This document shows positions 1-12,900 of a stretch of 64,000 bases of DNA, one piece after another (within the stretch, counting starts at the first letter, position 1; every line of letters starts with the position of its first letter). The stretch is from positions 13,268,001-13,332,000 of the forward strand of contig OZ296649.1 in the NCBI GenBank assembly GCA_965655095.1. The letters run 5' to 3'. This DNA is from Haplodiscus bocki. Taxonomy: Eukaryota. The translations under genes and the position numbers were made by a program. The notes below the pieces were generated by a model, which worked only from the letters and a program-made list of their open reading frames with translations, was not told the DNA's origin and did not search any database.

Positions 1-3000
1 CCAATGCCAATTTTGAACATTTTGTTTCGTTTTTTCCACATTAGAACTTAATGATCAAACATAAACATAAAACAACTTTCACCATCAAAAGGTTTTAGAA
101 CATCTAAATCCCTTTTCTTTCCTCATCACTCATTTTACGATTCTATCTCAATTTCAATTTAGAAACAAAACAAAGAAACCGCTGCGTGCGGTACTGTGTC
201 AACCCTTGCGACTGTTTGAAATTCAAAAGCCAATAACTTGAAAAAATGATTTGATACGTTTTTGAGTTTAAACTCTAATACTATGGTGTTTTTGACGTTT
301 TTATTGATTTTAGAACTATGATCTTAACTTTAATTTTTGAACTTCTGTGGCTGTTTTTCTTTGGACTACTACTGGGTTTTCTGTTTACAAATAAACATCC
401 ATTTCCATATTTCGAACTTTTAGCTACTTTTTTTGAGATTTTACTAAACACAATCACGATCCACAGAATCACACAAGACATGATTTCCGGCAAAACAAAA
501 GGTTTGATGTCTTTGCTGTATTGTCAAACTTTCCATGTAATTGTATATCTAATGCTTTCCACTGAGATAAAATACACACTCCACAATGCAAGTTTTGGCG
601 ATTGGTTTAAGATCCCTCACACAATAAATATCTGTAACACTAGTTTGTTACTCTGATTTTTAGCGATATTCATTTTGATTACCTTCCTCGAAAGCTGCTT
701 CGTCATGAAATAAATTGCAATGAATTCTGTCAAAGTTTAGTTCCATTGGATTTAGCTACGTATCATGATGATGGGTGTGTCAGATTTGTGTTTTTATCGT
801 GTCTTCCACATTGTTTGTTCGTTCTACCAACGATTGCAATACGTCCAATTCCATCTTTCACTTGTTATGTGAGTTCATAAACTTTCATACTGGCACGTCA
901 AAAAGATTCTGCATCTGCTCTTTCAAGAAAAAATCCAACGTTGAAAACAACTTCAAGTTTTTTCATTTATATGCTCTTTGAATTGATTTTCCAACAACAT
1001 CAAGAAGATGAACATGGGATATTTTTTCTTCAATTTGTCTTTCCTATGCAGCTTGTTTTCTTTTGTCCATTTGTTTTTCTTGAAATAGTTTTTTAAGTGG
1101 TTGGTTTCTAAAATTCATCGAGAAAAATTTAGTATCGTTTTTGCGGTTTTTTCTTCAGGGTCAAGAAGCCTCTTTAAGGAATTCATGTTCATTTCAGTAA
1201 ATTTCATTACTTTGGCCTCAACTTGTTTGTGTCCAGGAAGTATTACTTCGGGTGACATAATTTTTTATTTAAAGAACGGCAATCAATTTTATTCAAAACT
1301 TTGAACATCAACTGATCTAGGTAATTAATCTATTATACCTTCTCAAATTACAGATGAAATATCCATTTTAGTATAAATTGATTCACATTCAACCATCGCA
1401 CTCTGATTTGAGCTTTTAGCATCATAAGCCATTACCCAGTCATCTCTTCGAGATGGGTTGGCTTCGCCAATGTCTAGTTTTGAGTCAACTATTTTTCTCC
1501 GCTTCAGGCAACTCATTTATTTTCTCATTTGCACTTTTGTATGACTCTTCCGGAAAGTTAGTGTCTACTCATCGATCATTTTTTGATAATCTTACTTTTA
1601 CATTTTTGCACAGTTTTGTAAAAAAGACAAAACTATCAAGAACATTAAAAAAATTATATCTGTTTTTATTTTATATTCTTGCTCAAGGTTTTTCAAAGTA
1701 ATTTGAGCCAGAGAAGGTCCGAAAATTTAATCGACTGGTCCATCTTCATAGGCGTCATTCGATTGACCAAAAAAAGCTCCAAATACTTATAAAAAAAGTA
1801 CCATAAACATCCTCTCCGTTACCAGTGCTTCTTTCCTTAATAGAAAAATCCGTCCTAAAGAAGATACTTAAAAATAACTTTCCCCCCACAACTTTGCCAT
1901 GTCATGCTTGTTCTTCTAAGTCTAGGGTGTAACTCCGCTAAGGTTGATACGTTCAATGCTTCTTAAAGCTGCCAATCAAATCGTTTTTTTCATCAACAAT
2001 TTTCTTTACATATCTTCATGCCTTTAATTGTTTTTTAATAACTCATCCTGTAATTAAAATGTTTCTCCCAAAATTCTGAGTGGTCTTTTCGTTTTGTTCA
2101 TGCTACGACAAAATGAAATAAGTTGCAGATATTTTTCGGATAAAATTTCAAATTTTGAATTAGATTCAATACCAGTATTTACTTTCGAAACGAAAAGACC
2201 TTTACCAGCAGGAAGATTTTCTGAAAAGTCTTGTCAAAGTAGTAAATGATTTATATTCGAAAGTTCAAAAAGTTGCAACAAGTTTTGAGCAAACTAAATT
2301 TTTTTCAGAGCCAGAACAACTTCCAATGCCAATTTTGAACATTCTGTTTCGTTTTTTCCACATTAGAACTTAATGATCAAACATAAACATAAAACAACCT
2401 TCAAGATCAAAAGGTTTTAGAACATCTAAACCGCTTTTCTTTCCTCATCACTCATTTTACGATTCCATCTCAATTTCAATTTAGAAACAAAATGAAGAAA
2501 CCGCTGCGTTCGGTACTGTGTTATTTCTTTCGACTGTTTGAAATTCAAGAGCCAATAACAAAAAAAGCTGATTTGATACCCTTTTGAGTTCAAACTCTAA
2601 TCCTGTGGTGTTTCTGACGTTTTTAATGTTTTTAGAACTATGATTTTAATTTTATTTCTTATCCTTCTGTGGCTGTTTTTCTTTGAACTACAATATGGTT
2701 TTCTGTATACAAATAAACAACCATTTCTATATTTCGAACATTTAGCTACTTTTTTTTGAGATTTTACTAAACACAATCGCGATCCACAGAATCACACAAG
2801 ACATGATTTCCGGCAAAACAAAAGATTTGATATTTTTGATGTATTGTCAATTTTTCTATGTATTTGTATATCTAATGTTTTCCACTGAGATAAAATACAC
2901 ATTCCACAATACAAGTTTTGGCGATCGGTTTAAGAGCCCTCACACAATAAATATCTGTAACACTAGTCTGTTAATCTGATTTTTAGCCATAATCACTTTG

Positions 3001-4826
3001 ATTACCTTCCTCGAAAGCTGCTTCGTCATGAAGTAAATTGCAATGAATTTTTTTCAAAGTTTACTTCCATTGGATTTAGCTACGTCTCATGATGATGGGT
3101 GTGTCAGATTTGTGTTTTTATCGTGTCTTCCACATTGTTTGTTCGTTCTACCAACGATTGCAATAGGTCCAATTCCATCTTTCACTTGTTATGTGAGTTC
3201 ATAAACTTTCATACTGGCACTTCAAAAAGACTCTGCATCTGCACTTTCATGAAAATATCCAACGTTGGAAACAAATTCAATTTTTTTCATTTATATGCTC
3301 TTTGAATTGATTTTCCAACAACATCAAGAAGATGAACATCGGATATTTTTTCTTCAATTTGTCTTCCCTATGCAGATTGTTTTCTTTTGTCCATTTGTTT
3401 TTCTCGAAATAGTTTTTTAAGTGGTTGGTTTCTAAAACTCATCGAGAAAACTTTTCGAATCGTTTTTGCGGTTTTTTTTTCAGGGTCAAACACCTTTTTA
3501 AATAATTCATGTTCATTTCAGTAAATTTCATTACTTTGGCCTCAACTTGTTTGTGTCCAGTAAGTATTACTTCGGGTGACTTATTTTTTAAATTAAAGAA
3601 CGGCACTCAATTTTATATAAAACTTTGAACATCAACTGATCTAGGTAATTAATCAATTATACCTTCTCAAATTACAGATGCAAAATCCATTTTAGTATGA
3701 ATTGATTCACATTCAACCATCGCACTCTGATGTGAGCTTTTAGCATCATAAGCCATTACCCAGTCATTTCTCCGAGATGGGTTGGCTTCGCCAACGTCTA
3801 GTTTTGAGTCAACTATTTTTTTACGCTTCAGGCAACTCACTTATTTTCTTATTTACACCTTTGTATGACTCTTCCGGAAAGTTAGTGTCTACTCATCGAT
3901 CATTTTTGGAGAATCCTACTTTTGCATTTTTGCACAGTGTTGTAAAAAAGACATAACTACCAAGAATAATAAAAAAATGTAAATCTGTTTTTATTTTATA
4001 TTCTTGCTCAAGGCTTTTCAAAGTTATTTGAGCCAGAGAAGGTCCATAAAATTAGACAACTGGTCCATCTTCATAGGCGTCATTCGATCGACCAATAAAA
4101 GCTCCAAATACTTATGAAAAAAATACCATAAACATCTTCTCCGTTACCAGTGCTTCTTTCCTTAATATAAAAATCCTTCCTAAAAAAGATACCTAAAAAA
4201 CTATTTTTCGCCCACAAATTTGCCATGTCTTGCATGTTCTTCTAAGTCTAGGGTGTAACTCCGCCAAGCTTGATACGTTCAATGCTTCTTAAAGCTGCCA
4301 GTCAAATCGTTTTTTTCATCAACAGTTTTCTTTACATATCTTCATGCCTTTAATTGTTTTTTAAAAACTGAACCTGTAATTAAAAAGTTTCTCCCAAAAT
4401 TCTGAGTGGTTTTTTCGTTTTATTCATGCTACGACAAAATGAAATAAGTTGCAGACATTTTTCGGACAAATTTTCAAATTTTGAATTAGATTCAATACCA
4501 GTATTCACTTTCGAAACGAAAAGACCTTTACCAGCGGGAATGTTTTCTGAAATGTCTCGTCAAAGTAGTAAATGATTTATATTTGAAAGTTCAAAAAGTT
4601 GCAACGAGTTTTGATTAAACTAAATTATTTTAGAGACAGTACAATATCCAAAGTCAATCTTGAGCAATTTGTTTCTTTTTTTTCCACATTAGAATTTTTT
4701 GATCAAACATAAACATAAAACAACCTTCAACACCAGAAGATTTTAGAACATCTAAACCCCTTTTCTTTCTTCATCACTCACTTTACGATTCCATCTCAGT
4801 TTCAATTTAGAAACAAAATGAAGAAA

Positions 4827-5717
4827 CCGCTGCGTGCGGTACTGTGTTATTTCTTTCGACTGTTTGAAATTCAAAAGCCAATAACAAAAAAGCTGATTTG
4901 ATACCTTTTGGAGTTCAAACTCTAATCCTATGGTGTTTCTGACATTTTTGTTGATTTTAGAACTTTGATTTTAACTTTATTTCTTATCCTTCAGAGGCTG
5001 TTTTTCTTTGAACTACAATATGGTTTTCTGTATACAAATAAACAACCATTTCTATATTTCGAACATTTAGCTACTTTTTTTTGAGGTTTTGCTAAACACC
5101 ATCACGATCCACAGAATCACACAAGACATGATTTCCAGGATAGCAATAGATTTGATTTCTTTGCTGTTTTGTCAAACTTTCTATGTATTTGTATATCTAA
5201 TGTTTTCCACTGAGATAAAAAACACATTCCACAATACAAGTTTTGGCGATTGGTTTAAAACCCTGCACACAATAAATATCTGTAACACTAGTCAATTAAT
5301 CTGAATTTTAGCCATATTCATTTTGATTAACTTCCTCGAAAGCTGCTTCGTCATGAAGTAAATTGCAATGAATTTGTTTCAAAGTTTACTTCCTTTGGAT
5401 TTAGCTACGTCTCATGATGATTGATGTGTCCAAATTTGTGTTTTTATCGTGTCTTCCACATTGTTTGTTCGTTCTACCAATGATTGCATTACGTCCAATT
5501 CCATCTTTCACTTGTTATGTGAGTTCATACGTTTTCACACTGGCACTTCAAAAAAACTCTGCATCTGCACTTTCAAGAGAAAATAAACAATGAATGAAAA
5601 TGAACATAAAACAACCTTCAACATCAAAAAGTTTTAAAACATATAAATGCTTTATCTTTCTTCATTACTCATTTTACGATTCCATCTCAATTTCAATTTA
5701 GAAACAAAATAAAGAAA
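4827..5717. repeat. Internally deleted monomer (891 bp, ~1.44 kb lost) with 18-bp filler at the junction
   Basis: TTTCAAGAGAAAAT (ends 5584) is joined through AAACAATGAATGAAAATG (5585-5602) to AACATAAAACAACC (starts 5603), which lies ~1.44 kb further on in full monomers. Confidence 0.92.
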
Positions 5718-8700
5718 CCGCTGCGTGCGGTACCGTGTCAACCCTTGCGACTGTTTGAAATTCAAAAGCCAGTAACTTGAAAAAATGATTTGATACGTTT
5801 TTGAGTTTAAACTCTATTACTATGGTGTTTTTGACGTTTTTAATGATTTTAGAACTGACTTTAATTTTATGTTTTGACCTTCTGTGGCTGTTTTTCTCTG
5901 GACTACTACTGGGTTTTCCGTATACAATTAAACATCCATTTCCATATTTCGAACAAATAGCTACTTTTTTTGAGATTTCACTCAACACAATCACGATCAA
6001 CAGAATCACACAAGACATGTTTTCCGGCAAAACAAAAGAATTGATTTTTTTGCTTTATTGTCAAACTTTCTAGGTATTTGTATATCTAATGTTTTCCACT
6101 GAGATAAAATACACATTCCACAATACAAGTTTTGGCGATTGGTATATGACCCTCCATACATTAAATATCTGTAACACTAGTCTGTTATTCTGATTTTTAG
6201 CCATATTCATTTTGATTAACTTTTTCGAAAGCTGCTTCGTCATGAAGTAAATTGCGATGAATTATTTCAAAGTTTACTTCCATTGGATTTAGCTACGTCT
6301 CATGATGATCGATGCGTCAGATTTGTGTTTTTATCGTGACTTCCACATTGTTTGTTCGTTCTACCAACGATTGCAATACGTCCAATTCCATCTTTCACTT
6401 GTTATGTGAGTTCAAACATTTTCACACTGGCACTTCAAAAAAACTCTGCATCTGCACTTTCAAGAAAAAATCCAACGTTGAAAACAACTTCAAGTTTTTT
6501 CTTTTATATGCTCTTTGAATTGATTTTCCAACAACATCAAGAAGATGAACATCGGATATTTTTTCTTCAATTTGTCTTTCCTATGCAGATTGTTTTCTTT
6601 GGTCCATTTGTTGTTCCTGATTTAGTTTTTTAAGTTGTTGGTTTCAGAAACTCATCGACAAAACATTTAGAATTGTTTTTGCGGTTTCTTCTTCAGGTTC
6701 AAATGCCTTTTTAAGGAATTCATGTTCACTTCAGTAAGTTTCAATACTTTGGCCTCAACTTAAATCTGTCCAGGAAGTATTAGTTCGGGTGACATAATTT
6801 TTATTTATAGAACGGCATTAAATTTTTTTTAAATCTTTGAACATCAGCTGATCTAGGTAAATAATCAATTATACCATCTCAAATTACAGATGCAAAATCC
6901 ATTTTAGTATGAATTGATTCACATTCAACCATCGCACTCTGATTTGAGCTTTTAGCATCATAAGCCATTACCCAGTCATCTCTTTGAGATGGGTTGGCTT
7001 CGCCAATGTCTAGTTTTGTGTCAACTATTTTTTCCGCTTCAGGCTACTCACTTATTTTCTCAATTACACTTTTGTATAACTCTTTCGGAAAGTTAGTGTT
7101 TACTCATCGACCATTTTCTGATAATCTTCCTTTTACATTTTTGTACAGTTTGGTAAAAATGACATAACTATCAAGAATATAAAAAAGTAAATGTGTTTTT
7201 TGTTTATATTCCGGCTCGAGGCTTTTCAAAGTAATTTAGCCAGAGAAGGTCCAAAGTTTTGATCGACTGGTCCATCTTCATAAGCGTCAATCGATCGACC
7301 AAAAAAAATTCCAAACACTCATGAAAAAGTTACCATAAACATCCTCTCCGTTACCAGTGCTTCTTTCGTCAATTAAAAAATCCTTCCTAAAGAAGATACT
7401 TAAAATACAAATTTCCCCCCACAAATTTGTCATGTCTTGCATGTTCTTCTAAGTCTAGAGTGTAACTCCGCTAAGTTTGATACGTTCAATGCTTCTTAAA
7501 GCTGCCAATCAACTCGTTTTTTTCATCAACAGTTTTCTTTACATATCTTCATGCCTTTAATTGTTTTTCAAAAACTGATCCTGTAATTAAAAAGTTTCTC
7601 CCAAAATTCTGAGTGGTCTTTTCGTTTTATTCATGCTACGACAAAATGAAATAAGTTGCAGACATTTTTCGGATAAATTTTCAAATTTTGAATTAGATTC
7701 AATACCAGTATTTACTTTCGAAACGAAAAGACGTTTACCAGCAGGAATATTTTCCGAAATGTCTTGTCAAAGTAGTAAATGATTTATAATCGAAAGTTCA
7801 AAAAATTGCAACGAGTTTCGAGCAAACTAATTTTTTTCAGAGGCAGTACAACTTCCAATGCCAATTTCGAACATTTTGTTTCCTTTTTTCCAAATTAGAA
7901 CTTAATGATCAAACAGAAACATAAAACAACCTTCAACATCAAAAAGTTTCAAAACATATAAACGCTTCATCTTTCTTCATTACTCATTTTACGATTCCAT
8001 CTCAATTTCAATTTAGAAACAAAATAAAGAAACCGCTGCGTGCGGTACTGTGTCATTCCTTTCGACTGTTTGAAATTCAAAAGCTAACAACCTAAAAAGC
8101 TGATTTGATACGTTTTTGAGTTTAAACTCTAATACTATGGGGTTTTTGACGTTTTTATTGATTTTAGAACTGACTTTAACTTTATTTTTTGACCTTCTGT
8201 GGCTGTTTTTCTTTGGACTACTACAGGGTTTTCCGTATACAAATAAACATCCATTTCCATATTTCGAACAAAAAGCTACTTTTTTTGAGATTTTACTCAA
8301 CACAATCACGATCAACAGAATCAGACAAGACATGTTTTCCGGCAAAACGAAAGATTTGATTTTTTTGCTCTATTGTCAAACTTCTAGGTATTTGTATATC
8401 TAATGTTTTCCACCGAGAAAAAATACACATTCCACAATACAAGTTTTGGCGATTGGTATATAACCCTCCATACATTGAATATCTGTAGCACTAGTCTGTT
8501 ATTCTGATTTTTAGCCATATTCATTTTGATTAACTTTTTCGAAAGCTGCTTCGTCATCAAGTTAATTGCGATGAATTATGTCAAAGTTTACTTCCATTGG
8601 ATTTAGCTACGTCTCATGATGATCGATGTGTCAGATTTGTGTTTTTATCGTGTCTTCCACATTGTTTGTTCGTTCTACCAACGATTGCAATATGTCCAAT

Positions 8701-9929
8701 TCCATCTTTTTTGTTATATGAGTTCAAAAGTTTTCACACTGGCACTTCAAAAAAACTCTGCATCTGCACTTTCAAGAAAAAATCCAACGTTGAAAACAAC
8801 TTCAAGTTTTTTCTTTTATATGCTCTTTGAATTGATTTTCCAACAACATCAAGAAGATGAACATCGGATATTTTTTCTTCAATTTGTCTTTCCTATGCAG
8901 ATTGTTTTCTTTGGTCCATTTTTTGTTCCTGATTTAGTTTTTTAAGTTGTTGTTTTCTGAAACTCATCGACAAAACATTTAGTATTGTTTTTGCGGTTTT
9001 TTCTTCAAGTTCAAATGCCTTTTCAAGGAATTCATGTTCACTTCAGTAAGTTTCAATACTTTGGCCTCAACTTAAATGTGTCCAGGAAGTATTACTTCGG
9101 GTGACATAATTCTTTATTTAAAGAACGGCAATAAATTTTATTTAAAACTTTGAACAACAACTGAATTGGGTAATTTATCATTTATACATTCTCGAATTAC
9201 AGATGGAATATCCATTTTAGTAAAAATTGATTCACATTCAACCATCGCACTCTGATGTGAGCTTTTAACATCATAGACCATTATCCAATCAACTCTTCGA
9301 GATGGGTTGGCTTCTCCAACGTCTAGTTTTGAGTCAATATTTTTTTCTGCTTCAGGCAGCTCATTTTTTTTCTCTTTTACACTTTTGTATGACTCTTTCG
9401 GAAAGTTAGTGTCTACTCACCGATCATTTTCTGATAATCTTACTTTTACATTTTTGTACAGTTTGTTAAAAATGACATAACTATCAAGAATATAAAAAAG
9501 TTAAAGTGTTTTTTGTTTATATTCCGGCTCGAGGCTTTTCAAAGTAATTTAGCCAGAGAAGGTCCAAAGTTTTGATCGACTGGTCCATCTTCCTAATCGT
9601 CAATCGATCGACCAAAAAAAATTTCAAACACTCATGAAAAAGTTACCATAAACATCCTCTCCGTTACCAGTGCTTCTTTCGTCAATTAAAAAATCCTTGC
9701 TAAAGAAGATACTTAAAATACAAATTTTCCCCCACAAATTTGTCATGTCTTGCAATTTGTTTTAAATCTAGCGTGTAACTTAGCTAAGGTTGATACAATC
9801 AATGTATCTTAAAGCTGCCATTCAAATCAAATTTTTCATCAACATTTTTTTTTACATATCATCATGCCTTTAATTGTTTTTTAATAACTGATCCTGTAAT
9901 AAAAAAAATTCTCTTAAATTTTGAGTGGT

Positions 9930-12900
9930 CTTTTCGTTTTATTCATGCTACGACAAAATGAAATAAGTTGCAGACATTTTTTGGATGAATTTTCATATTT
10001 TGAATTAGATTCAATACCAGCATTTACTTTCGGAACGAAAAGACCTTTACCAGCAGGAATAGTTTCCAAAAAGTCTCGTCAAAGTAGTAAATGATTTATA
10101 TTTGAAAGTTCAAAAAGTTGCAACGAGTTTTGGGCAAACTAATTTATTTTAGAGGCAGTACATTTTCCAAAGCCAATCTTGAGCAATTTGTTTGTTTTCC
10201 ACATTAGAATTTATTGATCAAACATAAACATAAAACAACCTCCAACACCAAAAGGTTTTAGAACATCTAAACCCTTTTTCTTTCTTCATCACTCATTTTA
10301 CGATGCCATCTCAGTTTCAATTTAGAAACAAAATAAAGAAACCGCTGCGTGCGGTACTGTGATATTTCTTTCGACTGTTTGAAATTCAAAGGCCAAAAAC
10401 AAGAAAGCTGATTTGATACCATTTTCAGTTCAAACTCTAATCCTATGGTGTTTCTGACATTTTTAATGATTTTAGAACTTTGATTTCAACTTTTTTTCTT
10501 ATCCTTCAGTGGCTTTTTTTCTTTGAACTACAATATGGTTTTCTGTATACAAATAAACAACCATTTCTATATTTCGAACATTTAGCTACTTTTTTTTGAG
10601 ATTTTGCTAAACACCATCACGATCCACAGAATCACACAAGATATGATTTCCGGCAAAACAAAAGGTTTGATATCTTTGCTGTATTGTCAAACTTTCTATG
10701 TATTTGTATATCCAATGTTTTCCACTGAGATAAAATACACATTCCACAATACAAGTTTTGGCGATTGGTTTAAGTCGCCTCACACAATAAATATCTGTAA
10801 CACTAGTTTGTTACTCTGATTTTTAGCGATATTCATTTTGATTAACTTCCCCGAAAGCTGCTTCATCATGAAATAAATTGCAATGAATTATGTGAAAGTT
10901 TACTTCCATTGGATTTAGCTACGTCTCATGATGATCGATGTGTCAGATTTGTGTTTTTATCGTGTCTTCCACATTGTTTGTTCGTTCTACCAACGATTGC
11001 GATACGTCCAATTCCATCTTTCACTTGTTATGTGAGTTCATAAACTTTCATACTGGCACTTCAAAAAAACTCTGAATCTGCACTTTCAAGAAAAAATCCA
11101 ACGTTGAAAACAACTTCAAGTTTTTTCTTTTATATGCTCTTTGAATTGATTTTCCAACAACATCAAGAAGAAGAACATCGGATATTTTTTCTTCAATTTG
11201 TTTTTCCTATGCAGATTGTTCTCTTTTGTCCATTTGTTGTTCTTGAATTAGTTTTTTAAGTAGTTGGTTTCTGAAATTCGTCGAGAAAACGTTTAGACTC
11301 GTTTTTGCGGCTTTTTGTTCAGGGTCAAATGCCTTTTTAAGGAATTCATGTTCACTTCAGAAAATTTCATTACTTTGGCTTAAACTTGTTTGTGTCCAGG
11401 AAGTATTACTTCGGGTGACATAATTTTTTAATTAAAGAACGGCAATCAATTTTATTTGAAACTTTGAACATCAGCTGATCTAGGTAAATAATCAATTATA
11501 CCATCTCAAATTACAGATGCAAAATCCATTTTAGTATGAATTGATTCACATTCAACCATCGCACTCTGATGTGAGCTTTTAGCATCATAAACCATTACCC
11601 AATCATCTTTTCGAAATGGGTCGGCTTCGCCAATGTCTAGTTTTGAGTCAACTATTTTTTCCGCTTCAGGCAACTCACTTATTTTCTCAATTACACTTTT
11701 GTATGACTCTTTCGGAAAGTTAGTGTTCACTCATCGACCATTTTCTGATAATCTTCCTTTTACATTTTTGTACAGTTTGGTAAAAATGACATAACTATCA
11801 CGAAAAAAAAAGTAAATCTTTTTTTATCTTACATTCCTGCTCAAGGCTTTTCAAAGTAATTTGAGCCAGAGAAGGTCCAAAAATTTAATCGACTGGTCCA
11901 TCTTCATAGGCGTCAATCAATCGACCAAAAAAAATCCAAACACTCATGAAAAAAATACCATAAACATCCTCTGCGTTACCAGTGCTTCTTTCCTTAATAG
12001 AAAAATCCGTCCTAAAGAAGATACTTAAAAAAATTTTTCCCCCGCAAAGTTGCCATGTCTTGCATGTTCTTCTAAGTCTAGGGTGTAACTCCGCCAAGGT
12101 TGATACGTTCAATGCTTCTTAAAGCTGCCAATCAAATCGTTTTTTTCATCAACAGTTTTCTTTACATATCTTCATGCCTTTAATTGTTTTTTAAAAACTG
12201 ATCCTGTAATTGAAAAGTTTCCCAAAATTCTGAGTGGTCCTTTCGTTTTTTTCAAGCTACGACAAAATGAAAAAAGTTGCAGACCTTTTTCGGATAAATT
12301 TTCAAACTTTGAATTAGATTCAATACCAGTATTTACTTTCGAAACGAAAAGACGTTTACCAGCAGGAATATTTTCCGAAATGTCTTGACAAAGTAGTAAA
12401 TGATTTGTAATCGAAAGTTCATAAAATTGCAACGAGTTTTGAGCAAACTAATTTTTTTCAGAGGCAGAACAAATTCCAATGCCAATTTTGAACATTTTGT
12501 TTCCTTTTTTCCAAATTAGAGCTTAATGATCAAACATAAACATAAAACAACCTTCAACATCAAAAAGTTTTAAAACATATAAACGCTTCATCTTTCTTCA
12601 TTACTCATTTTACGATTCCATCTCAATTTCAATTTAGAAACAAAATAAAGAAACCGCTGCGTGCGGTACTGTGTCATTCCTTTCGACTGTTTGAAATTCA
12701 AAAGCCAATAACCTAAAAAGCTGATTTGATACGTTTCTGAGTTTAAACTCTAATACTATGGTGTTTTTGACGTTTTTATTGATTTTAGAACTATGACTCT
12801 AACTTTATTTTTTGACCTTCTGTGGCTGTTTTTCTTTGGACTACTACTGGGTTTTCCGTATACAAATAAACATCCATTTCCATATTTCGAACAAAAAGCT

